Shown here one piece after another: positions 23,970 through 33,278 of a stretch of DNA of 64,000 nucleotides; the first letter of the stretch is position 1, and each line of letters starts with the position of its first letter. The stretch lies in the IMG/VR virus record IMGVR_UViG_3300034073_003276. One strand, written 5' to 3'. Position numbers and translations under genes: made by a program. This stretch comes from a virus. Its lineage: Duplodnaviria; Caudoviricetes. The notes below the pieces were generated by a model. That model saw only the letters and a program-made list of their open reading frames with translations, ran no database searches and was not told the origin of the DNA.

Positions 23970-23980
23970 GAGGGTGCTTA
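23951..23980 (-). terminator. intrinsic terminator after the 514 aa gene
   Basis: AAGCACCCT-CTTGAC-AGGGTGCTT followed by T4. Confidence 0.8.
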
Positions 23981-24000
23981 ATGGTTATTTGAGTTTTGTA

Positions 24001-25545
24001 TCAGAGACCCTTTGCGTGTCTGGTTTTACCACTCTCATCAGTCCAGGTTTCTCTTTCTCTTCTAGGAGTTACGTAACCTACACCAGGAACAGCACCAGTC
24101 TTTCCTTGGTCTCTTGCAGCATTTCTTGCTGCTGCTCTTTGCGCTGCTCTCTTACGATTCTTTTCGTAATTAGTCATTGCTTCATCAATCCACGCTGCAA
24201 ATGCTTCTTCAGAAAACTCACCCATTGCTTTTTGCTTACGGAGTTTCTTAGCACTCTTAGTTACACCACCAGGACCCTCTGAAGGATAATCATGATCTTG
24301 ACGAGTGCCTACACCGTGCTTAGAACCTGCTCTTGCTCTTTCTCTATCGTCAGAGGTCATACCCTTTCTTGGTGAATCATCTGGAGTTCTATTAGCAGGG
24401 TTGGTTCTGCTTAGCATCTTCTTGAGGAATGGTTTCCTCTTTGCAGTCATTTTGGTTCCTCTTGCTGCACTATATGCTTTTGGAGTAGCACCATAGGAAC
24501 CTTCTTCTTCATCAAGAAATTCTTCGACAATACTCTGTATCCACCCTTCACTCATATTTGCAATAATTTCACGAGCAGCCTCTTCAGTTTCTGCATAACC
24601 TTCAGAGATTAGGTGCTCAAGAACTTGCTCAAACATATCTTTGCCACCCTTCTTGGGCACTTTACCCTTTTGCTTCAGGGCGTCACGACCACCTTCAGCA
24701 CGTTCGGCAGAAGAAGCACCAGGACGGAAACGACCCATCATCAGTCGGCGCTCCTTATTGGTGGGAACTTCCTTATCCCTCTTCTCTTGCTCAGCATCAC
24801 GGCGAGCCTGCTCACGGGCAGCACCTTTGAAGTCAATACCTTCACAAATGTTAGCAATCATTTCAGCGTCCATTTCCATCATTACATAATGTGCCTCTTC
24901 TACGGTGTCTACGTGACCGTTATCGAAGAGATACTCAAGAACTACATCATAAGCATCATACTGCTCAAAGGCACTTCCAGGCTTCTTAGAACCCGTTGCT
25001 TTATTGACAGGTGTAGCAGGTTTTGGAGCTGGTGCAGATGCTTGTCTCTGCATAGATCTTCCAATCATTCCACGAATTTCTGCAGCAGATGATTGACTTT
25101 TAGATACTGCTGGTTGAGATGTAATTGGTTTTGATGTGGTTGATCCAGGAGCTGGTTTTGCTGCTGGTGCTGCAGGAGCCACTTTAGAAGCAGGCTTAGG
25201 TGCTGGTGCAGCGGGTTTAGTAGCAGGAGCAGCGGCAGCAGGCTTAGGTGCTGGTGCAGCAGGCTTAGGTGCTGGTGCAGCGGCAGCAGGCTTAGGTGCT
25301 GGTGCAGCGGCAGGTCTTTGTCTAGTGCCCGCTGCAGCACCTCTTCTGGTGCCAGCGGGTCTTTCAGCAGCTTTATATACAGTTGGATTGGATCCAGTAA
25401 CTCTTCCACCCTGAGCACTAGCCTCATCAATTTGCTCTACATCATCTTCAAAAATTTCTTCAACAACTTCTTGGTGTTGCGGAGCATAAACTGCCGCATA
25501 TGCTTCCATCAATGCTTTTGCATCACTTCCAGTAATTCTAGACAT
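24001..25545 (-). CDS. low-complexity late protein with Pro/Ala/Lys repeats and two LExL..G...T.E.A...M..M modules
   Basis: ORF composition; late promoter TATAAATA at 25571-25578. Confidence 0.85.
   Translation of the reverse strand: MSRITGSDAKALMEAYAAVYAPQHQEVVEEIFEDDVEQIDEASAQGGRVTGSNPTVYKAAERPAGTRRGAAAGTRQRPAAAPAPKPAAAAPAPKPAAPAPKPAAAAPATKPAAPAPKPASKVAPAAPAAKPAPGSTTSKPITSQPAVSKSQSSAAEIRGMIGRSMQRQASAPAPKPATPVNKATGSKKPGSAFEQYDAYDVVLEYLFDNGHVDTVEEAHYVMMEMDAEMIANICEGIDFKGAAREQARRDAEQEKRDKEVPTNKERRLMMGRFRPGASSAERAEGGRDALKQKGKVPKKGGKDMFEQVLEHLISEGYAETEEAAREIIANMSEGWIQSIVEEFLDEEEGSYGATPKAYSAARGTKMTAKRKPFLKKMLSRTNPANRTPDDSPRKGMTSDDRERARAGSKHGVGTRQDHDYPSEGPGGVTKSAKKLRKQKAMGEFSEEAFAAWIDEAMTNYEKNRKRAAQRAAARNAARDQGKTGAVPGVGYVTPRRERETWTDESGKTRHAKGL
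25190..25313 (-). repeat. coding tandem repeat (PAPKPAA[AA]) x4
   Basis: gcaggcttaggtgctggtgcagc unit repeated with 21/27 bp period. Confidence 0.9.
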
Positions 25546-25591
25546 TTGTTCTTTTGATTTTCTATAATTTTATTTATAAAAAAAGAGGGTC

Positions 25592-25738
25592 TTAACTACC
25601 CTCCATCCATTCTTTCTTATAATCGTAATCTCCAAACATAAATTCATCAGATTCTGCTGCTTCTCGATAAGCATTCAGAATCTCTTCTTCACACCATTCA
25701 TCATAGTTGGAATCATCTTTAAGTATCTTGGGATTCAT
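25592..25738 (-). CDS. 48 aa acidic hypothetical protein (MNPKILKDDSNYDEWCEEE...)
   Basis: translated by hand. Confidence 0.6.
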   Translation of the reverse strand: MNPKILKDDSNYDEWCEEEILNAYREAAESDEFMFGDYDYKKEWMEGS

Positions 25739-26465
25739 TTTTTATAGTCCAACCGTTTCTTCTTGGTCCAGTTCTATTATATTTAATAGCAGCACACATA
25801 GTAGCATATGAAATATTATGCAACTTACAAAATTTTTTTAGTTCACCAGTAACAACATATTCTTTTCCTTCTGGAGATAAAAGTTTCCAAGTTTTTGCTG
25901 ATGGAGATGTAAATCCATTTGCATATCTTTCCTTTGCCTTTTGACTAATTTTTCTTTTCCTATCTTCACTACAAGGAACACCATAACTTGGATTGTTTTT
26001 TCCCGCCACTTTTTCACTTATTTTTCTTTTAGTTTCTTCAGTATGTTTTCTTACACCACCATAGTTTCTCCTTTCTTCTTTTGTCTTTAATCTTTTTTGA
26101 ATTTGTTCCTCCCACTTATCCCCATATATTTGTTGATATGTTCTTCCTTTTAATTTTGGAGGTCTAGAACTTTCACATATATTTGTTAATATACCATTTT
26201 CATCAATATCTCTTTTTCCGTATTTTTTGATTAGTTCCTCTTCATAATCATAAGCATCATTTTCTTCCTCAAAATATTGAACTATTTTAACTTCAGGTTC
26301 ATAACCTTCTTTTCTTATTTTTTTAATCTTATCAAACTTCTTAAAGTTATCCGATTTTGCCCTCGATTGTTCTGATAAATGAAAATAGACCCGATTACCT
26401 TTACCCTTTCCAACATAAAAAGGAAGATTAACTCTCGGGTCTATTAATTCGTAAACATAATACAT
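25719..26465 (-). CDS. GIY-YIG homing endonuclease (LEM-3-like) with NUMOD3
   Basis: YYVYELIDPRVNLPFYVGKG; KHTEETKRKISEKVAGKNNPSYG; late promoter at 26489-26496. Confidence 0.9.
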   Translation of the reverse strand: MYYVYELIDPRVNLPFYVGKGKGNRVYFHLSEQSRAKSDNFKKFDKIKKIRKEGYEPEVKIVQYFEEENDAYDYEEELIKKYGKRDIDENGILTNICESSRPPKLKGRTYQQIYGDKWEEQIQKRLKTKEERRNYGGVRKHTEETKRKISEKVAGKNNPSYGVPCSEDRKRKISQKAKERYANGFTSPSAKTWKLLSPEGKEYVVTGELKKFCKLHNISYATMCAAIKYNRTGPRRNGWTIKNESQDT

Positions 26466-26525
26466 TTTAACAAACTAAACTCTAATACTATTTATATAAT
26501 ATTATATTTCAGTTTGTTGTATTTG

Positions 26526-27707
26526 TCAAAGTTTAAAGTCACTAAATGTATTGGCAGTAACATCGTGTTTGATACCACCAACCACATAACTCTCAACTTC
26601 TGTTTCTTGTGGACTTACTTGCAACCCTTTAGATTCAATCCAATGAGAAGTCCAAGGAAGAGGATTATTCTTTGCAGGAATATCATAAAGTGGTTTGAGT
26701 CCAATTGCCTTCATTCTACGATTCGCAATCCACTCAACATATTGCTGAAGAAGTTTATCATTGAGTCCAATCATCGACCCATCTTTAAACAGATACTCTG
26801 CCCAAAGTTTTTCTTGATTGACTGCGCTTTCGAAGGTCTTGTAGACCCATTGCTCTTCTTCTTTACAGATTCTTGCCATCTCAGGGTCATCGCCCTCTCT
26901 CCACTTATTCATAATGTTTTGAGTGATGACCAAGTGCTGATTCTCATCTCTAGCAATCAGAGAGATGATTTTTGCACTTCCTTCCATAAGTTTGAGTTCG
27001 CCAAAAGCAAAACTGCAAGCGAAACTGACATAAAAGCGAATACCTTCAAGAATATTAACGTTTGCAACTGCTCGGAACAGTTTACGTTTGAGTTCATATC
27101 TTGCCTCTTGTGCGTATGGGACTTGTTCTAATGCGTGAACCCACTCATTTGAATTGTCATAACGATGAGCACTGTTGATGAAGTCATTATATGCCTGAGT
27201 AACACTCACGGCACGTTCTAAAATACGGTCATCTCTGAGAATAGTATCAAAAACTTCAGATGGGTCTGAATAAACGTTTTTGATGATATATGTGTATGAG
27301 CGACTATGAATCATCTCCATAAATTCCCATACCTTCATACACGCTTCCAGTTCTGGAAGGGAGCAGTAAGGCGCGAACGCCATACCAGGACCTCTTCCCT
27401 GAACTGAGTCCAACATTACCTGATACTTCAGGTTGCTGGTAAAAATGTGTTTTTGCTCTGGGCGCAGTGTATGGTAATCACTGCGATCTTTTTGAAGCGA
27501 AACCTCTTCAGGTCTCCAAAAGTATCCTAGTTGTTGAGTTGTTAGTTTATCGAAAATTGGATATTTGTAAGTATCATACCTCTGTATTCCTAGTGGTTGT
27601 CCAAAAAACATTGGTTGCTTTTTGGTGTCTACTTCTTGAGAATTGAAAACGGTCATTGATTCGACCATATTCTTCTCCTGTGAATTGATTTTGAAACTAA
27701 AGGTCAT
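26526..27707 (-). CDS. nrdB: ribonucleotide reductase class Ia beta subunit
   Basis: FWRPEEV, EMIHSRSY, LEGIRFYVSF, RDENQH; an alternative start with an AGGAG SD lies at 27668. Confidence 0.97.
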   Translation of the reverse strand: MTFSFKINSQEKNMVESMTVFNSQEVDTKKQPMFFGQPLGIQRYDTYKYPIFDKLTTQQLGYFWRPEEVSLQKDRSDYHTLRPEQKHIFTSNLKYQVMLDSVQGRGPGMAFAPYCSLPELEACMKVWEFMEMIHSRSYTYIIKNVYSDPSEVFDTILRDDRILERAVSVTQAYNDFINSAHRYDNSNEWVHALEQVPYAQEARYELKRKLFRAVANVNILEGIRFYVSFACSFAFGELKLMEGSAKIISLIARDENQHLVITQNIMNKWREGDDPEMARICKEEEQWVYKTFESAVNQEKLWAEYLFKDGSMIGLNDKLLQQYVEWIANRRMKAIGLKPLYDIPAKNNPLPWTSHWIESKGLQVSPQETEVESYVVGGIKHDVTANTFSDFKL

Positions 27708-27751
27708 AATTTTTTTCTACTAAACTATCTCAACTGTTATATTTAACTGGA

Positions 27752-30049
27752 TTAGATTTTGCAACTTTCACAGTCGTCCTCTTCGGCACTCATAATATCA
27801 CTAAGAAGAGATTCAAGTTTTTGCTTTTTCTCTTCAACAACTTCATCAGTTTTATTATCATAAGTATTCTGATAATAACTTGTTTTCCAACCCAGTTTGT
27901 AAGTGGTTAAGAGATCTTGTGCCATTACTGAAGTAGGAACTTCATTATCGGGATAATTTTCTGGATTATAAGACCAGTTTCCAGAAATTGCTTGGTCGAA
28001 GAACTTCTGCATTACAGCAACCACATTGATATAACCACGATTGCTAGGCATATCCCACAGAAGCGTATAATTGTTCTTGAGAGTTTGATATTGGGGAACA
28101 ATCTGCTTAAGCGGACCCTTCTTGGACTTCTTAATGGACAAGTATCCGCGAGGAGGTTCGATTCCATTTGTGGCATTTGACACAACGGAACTGCTCTCCG
28201 AAGGCATCTGTGCGGACAGTGTTGAGTTCCTAACTCCGTACCGTTTAACCAGTGCTCTAAGTGCTTCCCAATCATACTTCAACTCGTTTGGAACAATTTC
28301 ATCAACGTCCTTCTTGTATGTATCAATCGGAAGAATGCCCTGAGCATACTTGGTGCGGTGGGAGTATTCACAAGCACCTTTCTCTTTTGCAAGATTTACG
28401 GTTGCTCGAATGAGATAATATTGGAATGCCTCAGTAAGATCGTGGACCAGTTTCCAAGCGCCAGGATCGTCATAGTGCTCGCCGTGCTTGGCAAGATAGT
28501 GTGCCAAACCAATATAACCTATACCAAGTGAGCGGCGTGCTCTGGTGGCGATTTCTGCTGCTCTGACGGGATATCCTTGAAAATCAATGAGTTCATCAAG
28601 ACTCCTAACAGCAAGATCACAAAGAACTTCAAGATCATCATTAGTCTTGATTTTGCCAACGTTAATAGCACTAAGAATACAAAGAGCAATTTCACCATCA
28701 GTATCATCAATGTGTTGTAGTGGTTTAGTTGGCAAAGTAATCTCTTGACAAAGATTACTCATCTCAACTTTATCCAAGAAGGACGAGTGAGAATTGCAGT
28801 GGTCGATATTCATAATATAAACACGACCAGTTTCGGCACGCTCTTTCAGGAGGTCCAGAAAGAGTTCTTGAGCGCCGATAGTTTTTCTTGGAATAGACTC
28901 ATCTCGTTCGTAAGATACATATAACTCGTCAAATCCATCAGTGCCAAAAGCATCATACAGACCAGGAACGGAGTGGGGAGAGAAGAGAGAAATCTCTTCA
29001 TTACGGATGAATCGTTCATAGAAAAGTTTGGAGATTTGGATACTGTAGTCTAACTTACGAACACGATTATCTTCAGTTCCCTTATTATTTTTCAATACTA
29101 AAATGTCTTCGATTTCTTGGTGCCAGATTGGGAAGTGGACCGTCGCACTTCCTCCTCGTATACCATTTTGCGTGCAGCAACGGACAGTTGCTTCAAACTT
29201 TTTGAGAAACGGTACAACGCCAGTGTGCTGGACTTCGCCACCTCTAATCCTACTGTTGATACCACGGATTCGACCTGCGTTGATACCAATTCCCGCCCTT
29301 TGTGCAACATATCTGCCAATAGCCATATCGCTAGTAAAGATACTATCGAGGGTGTCATCAACATCAACAAGAACACAGCTAGCGTATTGTCTAAGCGGCG
29401 TTCGCACTCCCGCCATGATGGGGGTTGGAATGTTGATTTTGTGTTTGGAGATTGCGTCATAATACTTTCTAACGTATTCTAAACGGGTTTCTTTTGGATA
29501 CTTGGAGAAAATAGTTGCAGCAATCAAAAGGTACATAAACTGTGGAGTTTCATAAAGTGCTCCAGTGCTTCTATCCTGCACGAGGTACTTATCAACGACC
29601 TGACGTAGACCTGCATAAGTAAACAGATAGTCACGACTATGATCGATAAACGACTCAAGTTTATCAAACTCTTCGTTAGAGTAGAGGGTAAGAATCTCAG
29701 CATCATAGACACCTTTGTTAACACAATTCTCAACGTGCTCCCTCAAAGTAGGAAACTCGTGCATACGACCATAAAGTTGCTTGCGAGTGGCAAACAGGAG
29801 CAGACGTGCTGCGACAAACTGATAATTTGGATGCTCCAGGTCAATTAGGTCAGAAGCAGAACGAATCAGAATCTCCTGAATTTCTGCCGTTGTAATGCCA
29901 TCATAGAATTGAATACCTGATTGCATCTCAACTTGACTTGCAGAGACCCCAGCAAGGTCCTTACATGCCTCTTCCACCATTACGTGAAGTTTATTCAACT
30001 CCAATACTTCAGTGGCACCATTTCTTTTAACGACTTTTGTTCCGTTACT
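27752..30049 (-). CDS. nrdA: ribonucleotide reductase class Ia alpha subunit with ATP cone
   Basis: VVKRNG ATP cone, PTPIMAG, SNLCQEI, MPSESSS, KTSYY, C-terminal CESC. Confidence 0.97.
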   Translation of the reverse strand, partial: SNGTKVVKRNGATEVLELNKLHVMVEEACKDLAGVSASQVEMQSGIQFYDGITTAEIQEILIRSASDLIDLEHPNYQFVAARLLLFATRKQLYGRMHEFPTLREHVENCVNKGVYDAEILTLYSNEEFDKLESFIDHSRDYLFTYAGLRQVVDKYLVQDRSTGALYETPQFMYLLIAATIFSKYPKETRLEYVRKYYDAISKHKINIPTPIMAGVRTPLRQYASCVLVDVDDTLDSIFTSDMAIGRYVAQRAGIGINAGRIRGINSRIRGGEVQHTGVVPFLKKFEATVRCCTQNGIRGGSATVHFPIWHQEIEDILVLKNNKGTEDNRVRKLDYSIQISKLFYERFIRNEEISLFSPHSVPGLYDAFGTDGFDELYVSYERDESIPRKTIGAQELFLDLLKERAETGRVYIMNIDHCNSHSSFLDKVEMSNLCQEITLPTKPLQHIDDTDGEIALCILSAINVGKIKTNDDLEVLCDLAVRSLDELIDFQGYPVRAAEIATRARRSLGIGYIGLAHYLAKHGEHYDDPGAWKLVHDLTEAFQYYLIRATVNLAKEKGACEYSHRTKYAQGILPIDTYKKDVDEIVPNELKYDWEALRALVKRYGVRNSTLSAQMPSESSSVVSNATNGIEPPRGYLSIKKSKKGPLKQIVPQYQTLKNNYTLLWDMPSNRGYINVVAVMQKFFDQAISGNWSYNPENYPDNEVPTSVMAQDLLTTYKLGWKTSYYQNTYDNKTDEVVEEKKQKLESLLSDIMSAEEDDCESCKI

Positions 30050-31020
30050 CATATTTTCTTCCAATTGTTAAACTTGATTTTTGCTTCTAAACCAGAGTAG
30101 ATATTTGATTTTAACACATCCATAACATTAAGTCCAGCAAGCACCATATCATTGATATCCTTTTGCTGGATAGTTGTAGGCCAAATAATTACTTTGTCAC
30201 CTCTGTTAATGGTTTTTGATATTCGGTTGACGATTTCTCGATTACGTGGTTCGTTATCAAAAACGTAAATATAATCGCACCAACCAAACGACCTAATATC
30301 AATGTCGGACCCACACATAGCAACAGCATTTTGTACAAACGTGGAGTCGAAGGGTCCCTCAACGATGTAAATGGATTTCGAAGTATCGATTTGGTCCAAC
30401 CCATAAATTTTCGGTGCGTCATCAGAAAGCATCACAGTGATATATTTAACAGAGTTTGGACCCAGTGCTCTTCCCTGAAATCCAATCAGATTACTGTCAG
30501 TATCATACATTGGTATAATAATGCGACTCTCATCTCTACCAATAGTATCAAAAGTTTGTTTTTGAGTATTAGTCCATTCTTTAAATTTGTCAGCAAAATA
30601 AAACTTTTCTGGATTGAGTTTTCTTCTTTCCAGGTATTCTTTGGCAACTGGATTAGTAGATGCCTTTGGCAAATCTAACTTCTTCTTAAAAGATGGTTTA
30701 GTAAACTCAAATTTCGGTGATTCAACTACAAAGTTTTTACCTGTATGACCTTCCTTAAATTTCTCTAGAGTGTATTGCTTATGAAGAACTGGATCTAATT
30801 CTTTAAGGAAGTTGTTGAAAGATAAACTAGCGCCGCAGTTGTGGCACTTAAAGTTTGTGTTGTTTTTTACAGGATAGATATATCCTCGTGTTTTATTTTT
30901 GTTTTTTTGAGAATCACCACAAAGAGGGCAGCGAAAGTTGTAGAGATCTGCCTTGACTCTCTTGAATTTTTGTAGTCGTGATGAAACGAGTCCAATATAC
31001 TTGGAGTCAATCAAATCCAT
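30049..31020 (-). CDS. 61: DNA primase (T4 gp61)
   Basis: RCPLCGDS/CHNC zinc finger; TOPRIM VEGPFDS and DNEPRN. Confidence 0.96.
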   Translation of the reverse strand: MDLIDSKYIGLVSSRLQKFKRVKADLYNFRCPLCGDSQKNKNKTRGYIYPVKNNTNFKCHNCGASLSFNNFLKELDPVLHKQYTLEKFKEGHTGKNFVVESPKFEFTKPSFKKKLDLPKASTNPVAKEYLERRKLNPEKFYFADKFKEWTNTQKQTFDTIGRDESRIIIPMYDTDSNLIGFQGRALGPNSVKYITVMLSDDAPKIYGLDQIDTSKSIYIVEGPFDSTFVQNAVAMCGSDIDIRSFGWCDYIYVFDNEPRNREIVNRISKTINRGDKVIIWPTTIQQKDINDMVLAGLNVMDVLKSNIYSGLEAKIKFNNWKKI

Positions 31021-31033
31021 TATGAGGAGGTTA

Positions 31034-31447
31034 TTATTTCGTTGCCTCTACTTTAACAGGTGGTTGGTCTGGTGTCAAGATGTCCACCACCATATGAGAC
31101 TGGGAAACTGCGAATGATAGAATAATTGCCGCTCCCGCAATAATCCAACGGAATTTGGCAAGTTCTTCTACTTTAGTTTCTAATGATTGAATTTTTTCCG
31201 ATACTTTCTTATGTTGCTCTTTATTTTCCTCCTTCATATCATTAATCATGTTTGAAATCATTTCATCAGTCTTACCACAATTCTCAATCTTCTCTTCGTG
31301 GACTGCCAGCATCTTACTAATGCTTTGGCTAGTCTTACCCATTATTTGTATTGCTTCGTCAATCTTTCTCATCATAACCTCATAGGATGAGAGTCTTTCT
31401 TCTAAAACGGCAATTTTCGTGTCGGATGAAGTATTTTGGTTAAACAT
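31034..31447 (-). CDS. coiled-coil protein with C-terminal TM
   Basis: heptads followed by WIIAGAAIILSFAV. Confidence 0.7.
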   Translation of the reverse strand: MFNQNTSSDTKIAVLEERLSSYEVMMRKIDEAIQIMGKTSQSISKMLAVHEEKIENCGKTDEMISNMINDMKEENKEQHKKVSEKIQSLETKVEELAKFRWIIAGAAIILSFAVSQSHMVVDILTPDQPPVKVEATK

Positions 31448-31509
31448 GATTGGAGGATATGAGATTTGATACCTTAATTACATAACAAATCTACTAATAT
31501 TTATTTTTA

Positions 31510-31725
31510 TTATTTTTGCTTAAGATATTGTAACCACCACTTTCGGGAGTTTTTACCGCCCTTAGCATAAGTCCTTTTCTTATCTTTTTTCCACACAGGA
31601 GGAGTGCCAGTTTCAATATTATATCCAAGAGACTTTTCACCATCACCAACTACATTGGCAATTGCTCCTTCACCTTCTTCTTTAATAGTATGAATGATTT
31701 GAATTAGTTTATCTACCTTATTCAT
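31510..31725 (-). CDS. hypothetical protein
   Basis: start at MNKVDKL (ATGA overlap with upstream gene). Confidence 0.65.
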   Translation of the reverse strand: MNKVDKLIQIIHTIKEEGEGAIANVVGDGEKSLGYNIETGTPPVWKKDKKRTYAKGGKNSRKWWLQYLKQK

Positions 31726-32096
31726 CAGATTGCTTGTAGTTGTTTTAAACACTCTTCATCAATTTTGACATCATGCATTTGAGTTCTTGGGTATTCTGGA
31801 AATCTATTTAAGAATACTAAGAAACTTTTTATTGCCGACCACAAATCCCGATCTAAGTTATAAAATAACAAAGGAACTGCTGCGTCATTAAAAACATTAA
31901 AAAGTATAATTAAATGATTCAAAATAAGGTGAGTTTTGAGCTCACCTGTATTTTTATATCTTTTTAACAGTCTCTTAACATATCGTATTCTTTTCATATC
32001 AGATTCAAAATCCTCCATCGTAAGTGCTTGAGGATTGTCATAAAATTTTATAGCAAATAACAAATAATTGTCTTCATTCAATTCATCAAATCTCAT
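31725..32096 (-). CDS. conserved T4-like phage hypothetical protein
   Basis: LNEDNYLLFAIKFYDNP, LILNHLIILFNVF. Confidence 0.8.
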   Translation of the reverse strand: MRFDELNEDNYLLFAIKFYDNPQALTMEDFESDMKRIRYVKRLLKRYKNTGELKTHLILNHLIILFNVFNDAAVPLLFYNLDRDLWSAIKSFLVFLNRFPEYPRTQMHDVKIDEECLKQLQAI

Positions 32097-32102
32097 AGAC
32101 TA

Positions 32103-32963
32103 TTATGCGTATGTAATAGTTCCTACACCAGAGGTTACTGAAGTATCGCCAGAAGCAATTACAACACTGTACTCTCTACCATCATCCTTATCGCTGTCAT
32201 TTGCAACGGTAAGAACAGAAGTCGTAGCACCAGAGTAGTCTCCACCATTAGAAAGTACTGTGGTATCTTCATACCATTGATAGGTGAGAGGAGAATATGT
32301 TGGGAAGACAGAAGCGACTACGGTGAATGTAGCATCTCCATCAGTTGCAACTCCAACTGCATCAGCAACATCAGTTACAATCGTAATTGTTGGATCTGGG
32401 AATATTGTATCATCATCAGCATCAGTTCCTGCAGTGGAATCGATACCACCAGCAACTAATACTTCAGATTTAACTCTCAGATTACCGTGAGTATCAATAT
32501 AAGTAGTAACTCCAACCCATCCACTATGAGAAACTGCGTAAGCAGCTGCTTTTCCACCAACAGTAATTGTTGCTGCAGCACCAACTTCTTCTGCAGTTAC
32601 ACCAAATACACCAGTGAATACTGGACTTGTTGAATATCCGACAGTCTTTGATTCTGGTGCTCTGTAGATTGAATCACCAAGAGTATAAATTGGTTCTTCT
32701 GAAATATTATAAGTTGATCCTGATACTGTTGTAAGACCACTTACAAATCCAGCAGTAGAAGCAATGGATAACGTGGTTGATGTAACACCAATAATGACTG
32801 CGTATCCATAAGTCGCGCCAGCACCAACAGTAATTACATCACCTTCAGAAACTGCAGAAGTGAATGTAACTACACCGACTGTACCAGTTACAGCATTGGT
32901 GCCAAGATTGACATCAATAGTACCGTCTGAATAAACCGAATCTTTATTGCCCCAAAGAGACAT
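32103..32963 (-). CDS. virion structural protein with C-terminal Ig-like domain
   Basis: MSLWG start, HSGWVG; FTVVA..LTYQWY..GATTSVLTV..D.REYSVVI I-set pattern. Confidence 0.75.
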   Translation of the reverse strand: MSLWGNKDSVYSDGTIDVNLGTNAVTGTVGVVTFTSAVSEGDVITVGAGATYGYAVIIGVTSTTLSIASTAGFVSGLTTVSGSTYNISEEPIYTLGDSIYRAPESKTVGYSTSPVFTGVFGVTAEEVGAAATITVGGKAAAYAVSHSGWVGVTTYIDTHGNLRVKSEVLVAGGIDSTAGTDADDDTIFPDPTITIVTDVADAVGVATDGDATFTVVASVFPTYSPLTYQWYEDTTVLSNGGDYSGATTSVLTVANDSDKDDGREYSVVIASGDTSVTSGVGTITYA

Positions 32964-33052
32964 GTTTCCTTACCTATGAATTCTTTTCTAGAGATATTTA
33001 TAAAAAAAGGAGACCTTATAAAAAGGTCTCCTCTAAATGTTTTAACTGAAAA

Positions 33053-33238
33053 TCATCCTTCTAGTTTTTTTGCCCCTCTCTTCTTCAATTGCTCTTGCAC
33101 TTGAAGAAGAATGAAAGAAAGAATACCATTGGACTTGAATTTCGTATTAGCACCCATCAGTTCTGAAACAATCAGAAGAATGGTTGCCAATGCAGCTTCG
33201 TTAGCCATAATCCAGGCCCAAATAACTGCTACAGACAT
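33053..33238 (-). CDS. small membrane protein
   Basis: 61 aa hydrophobic ORF. Confidence 0.65.
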   Translation of the reverse strand: MSVAVIWAWIMANEAALATILLIVSELMGANTKFKSNGILSFILLQVQEQLKKRGAKKLEG

Positions 33239-33278
33239 AATAACCTCCGTGTGAAGAGTATCCTGTCCTATTTATCAA

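Noticed and set aside
25190-25313. CRISPR-like or mini-array reading of the tandem repeat
   Set aside because: Periods are multiples of 3, there are no unique spacers, and the repeat encodes a Pro/Ala/Lys linker.
26526-30064. Group I introns or inteins in nrdA/nrdB
   Set aside because: Both ORFs are continuous and of normal length, with contiguous motifs.
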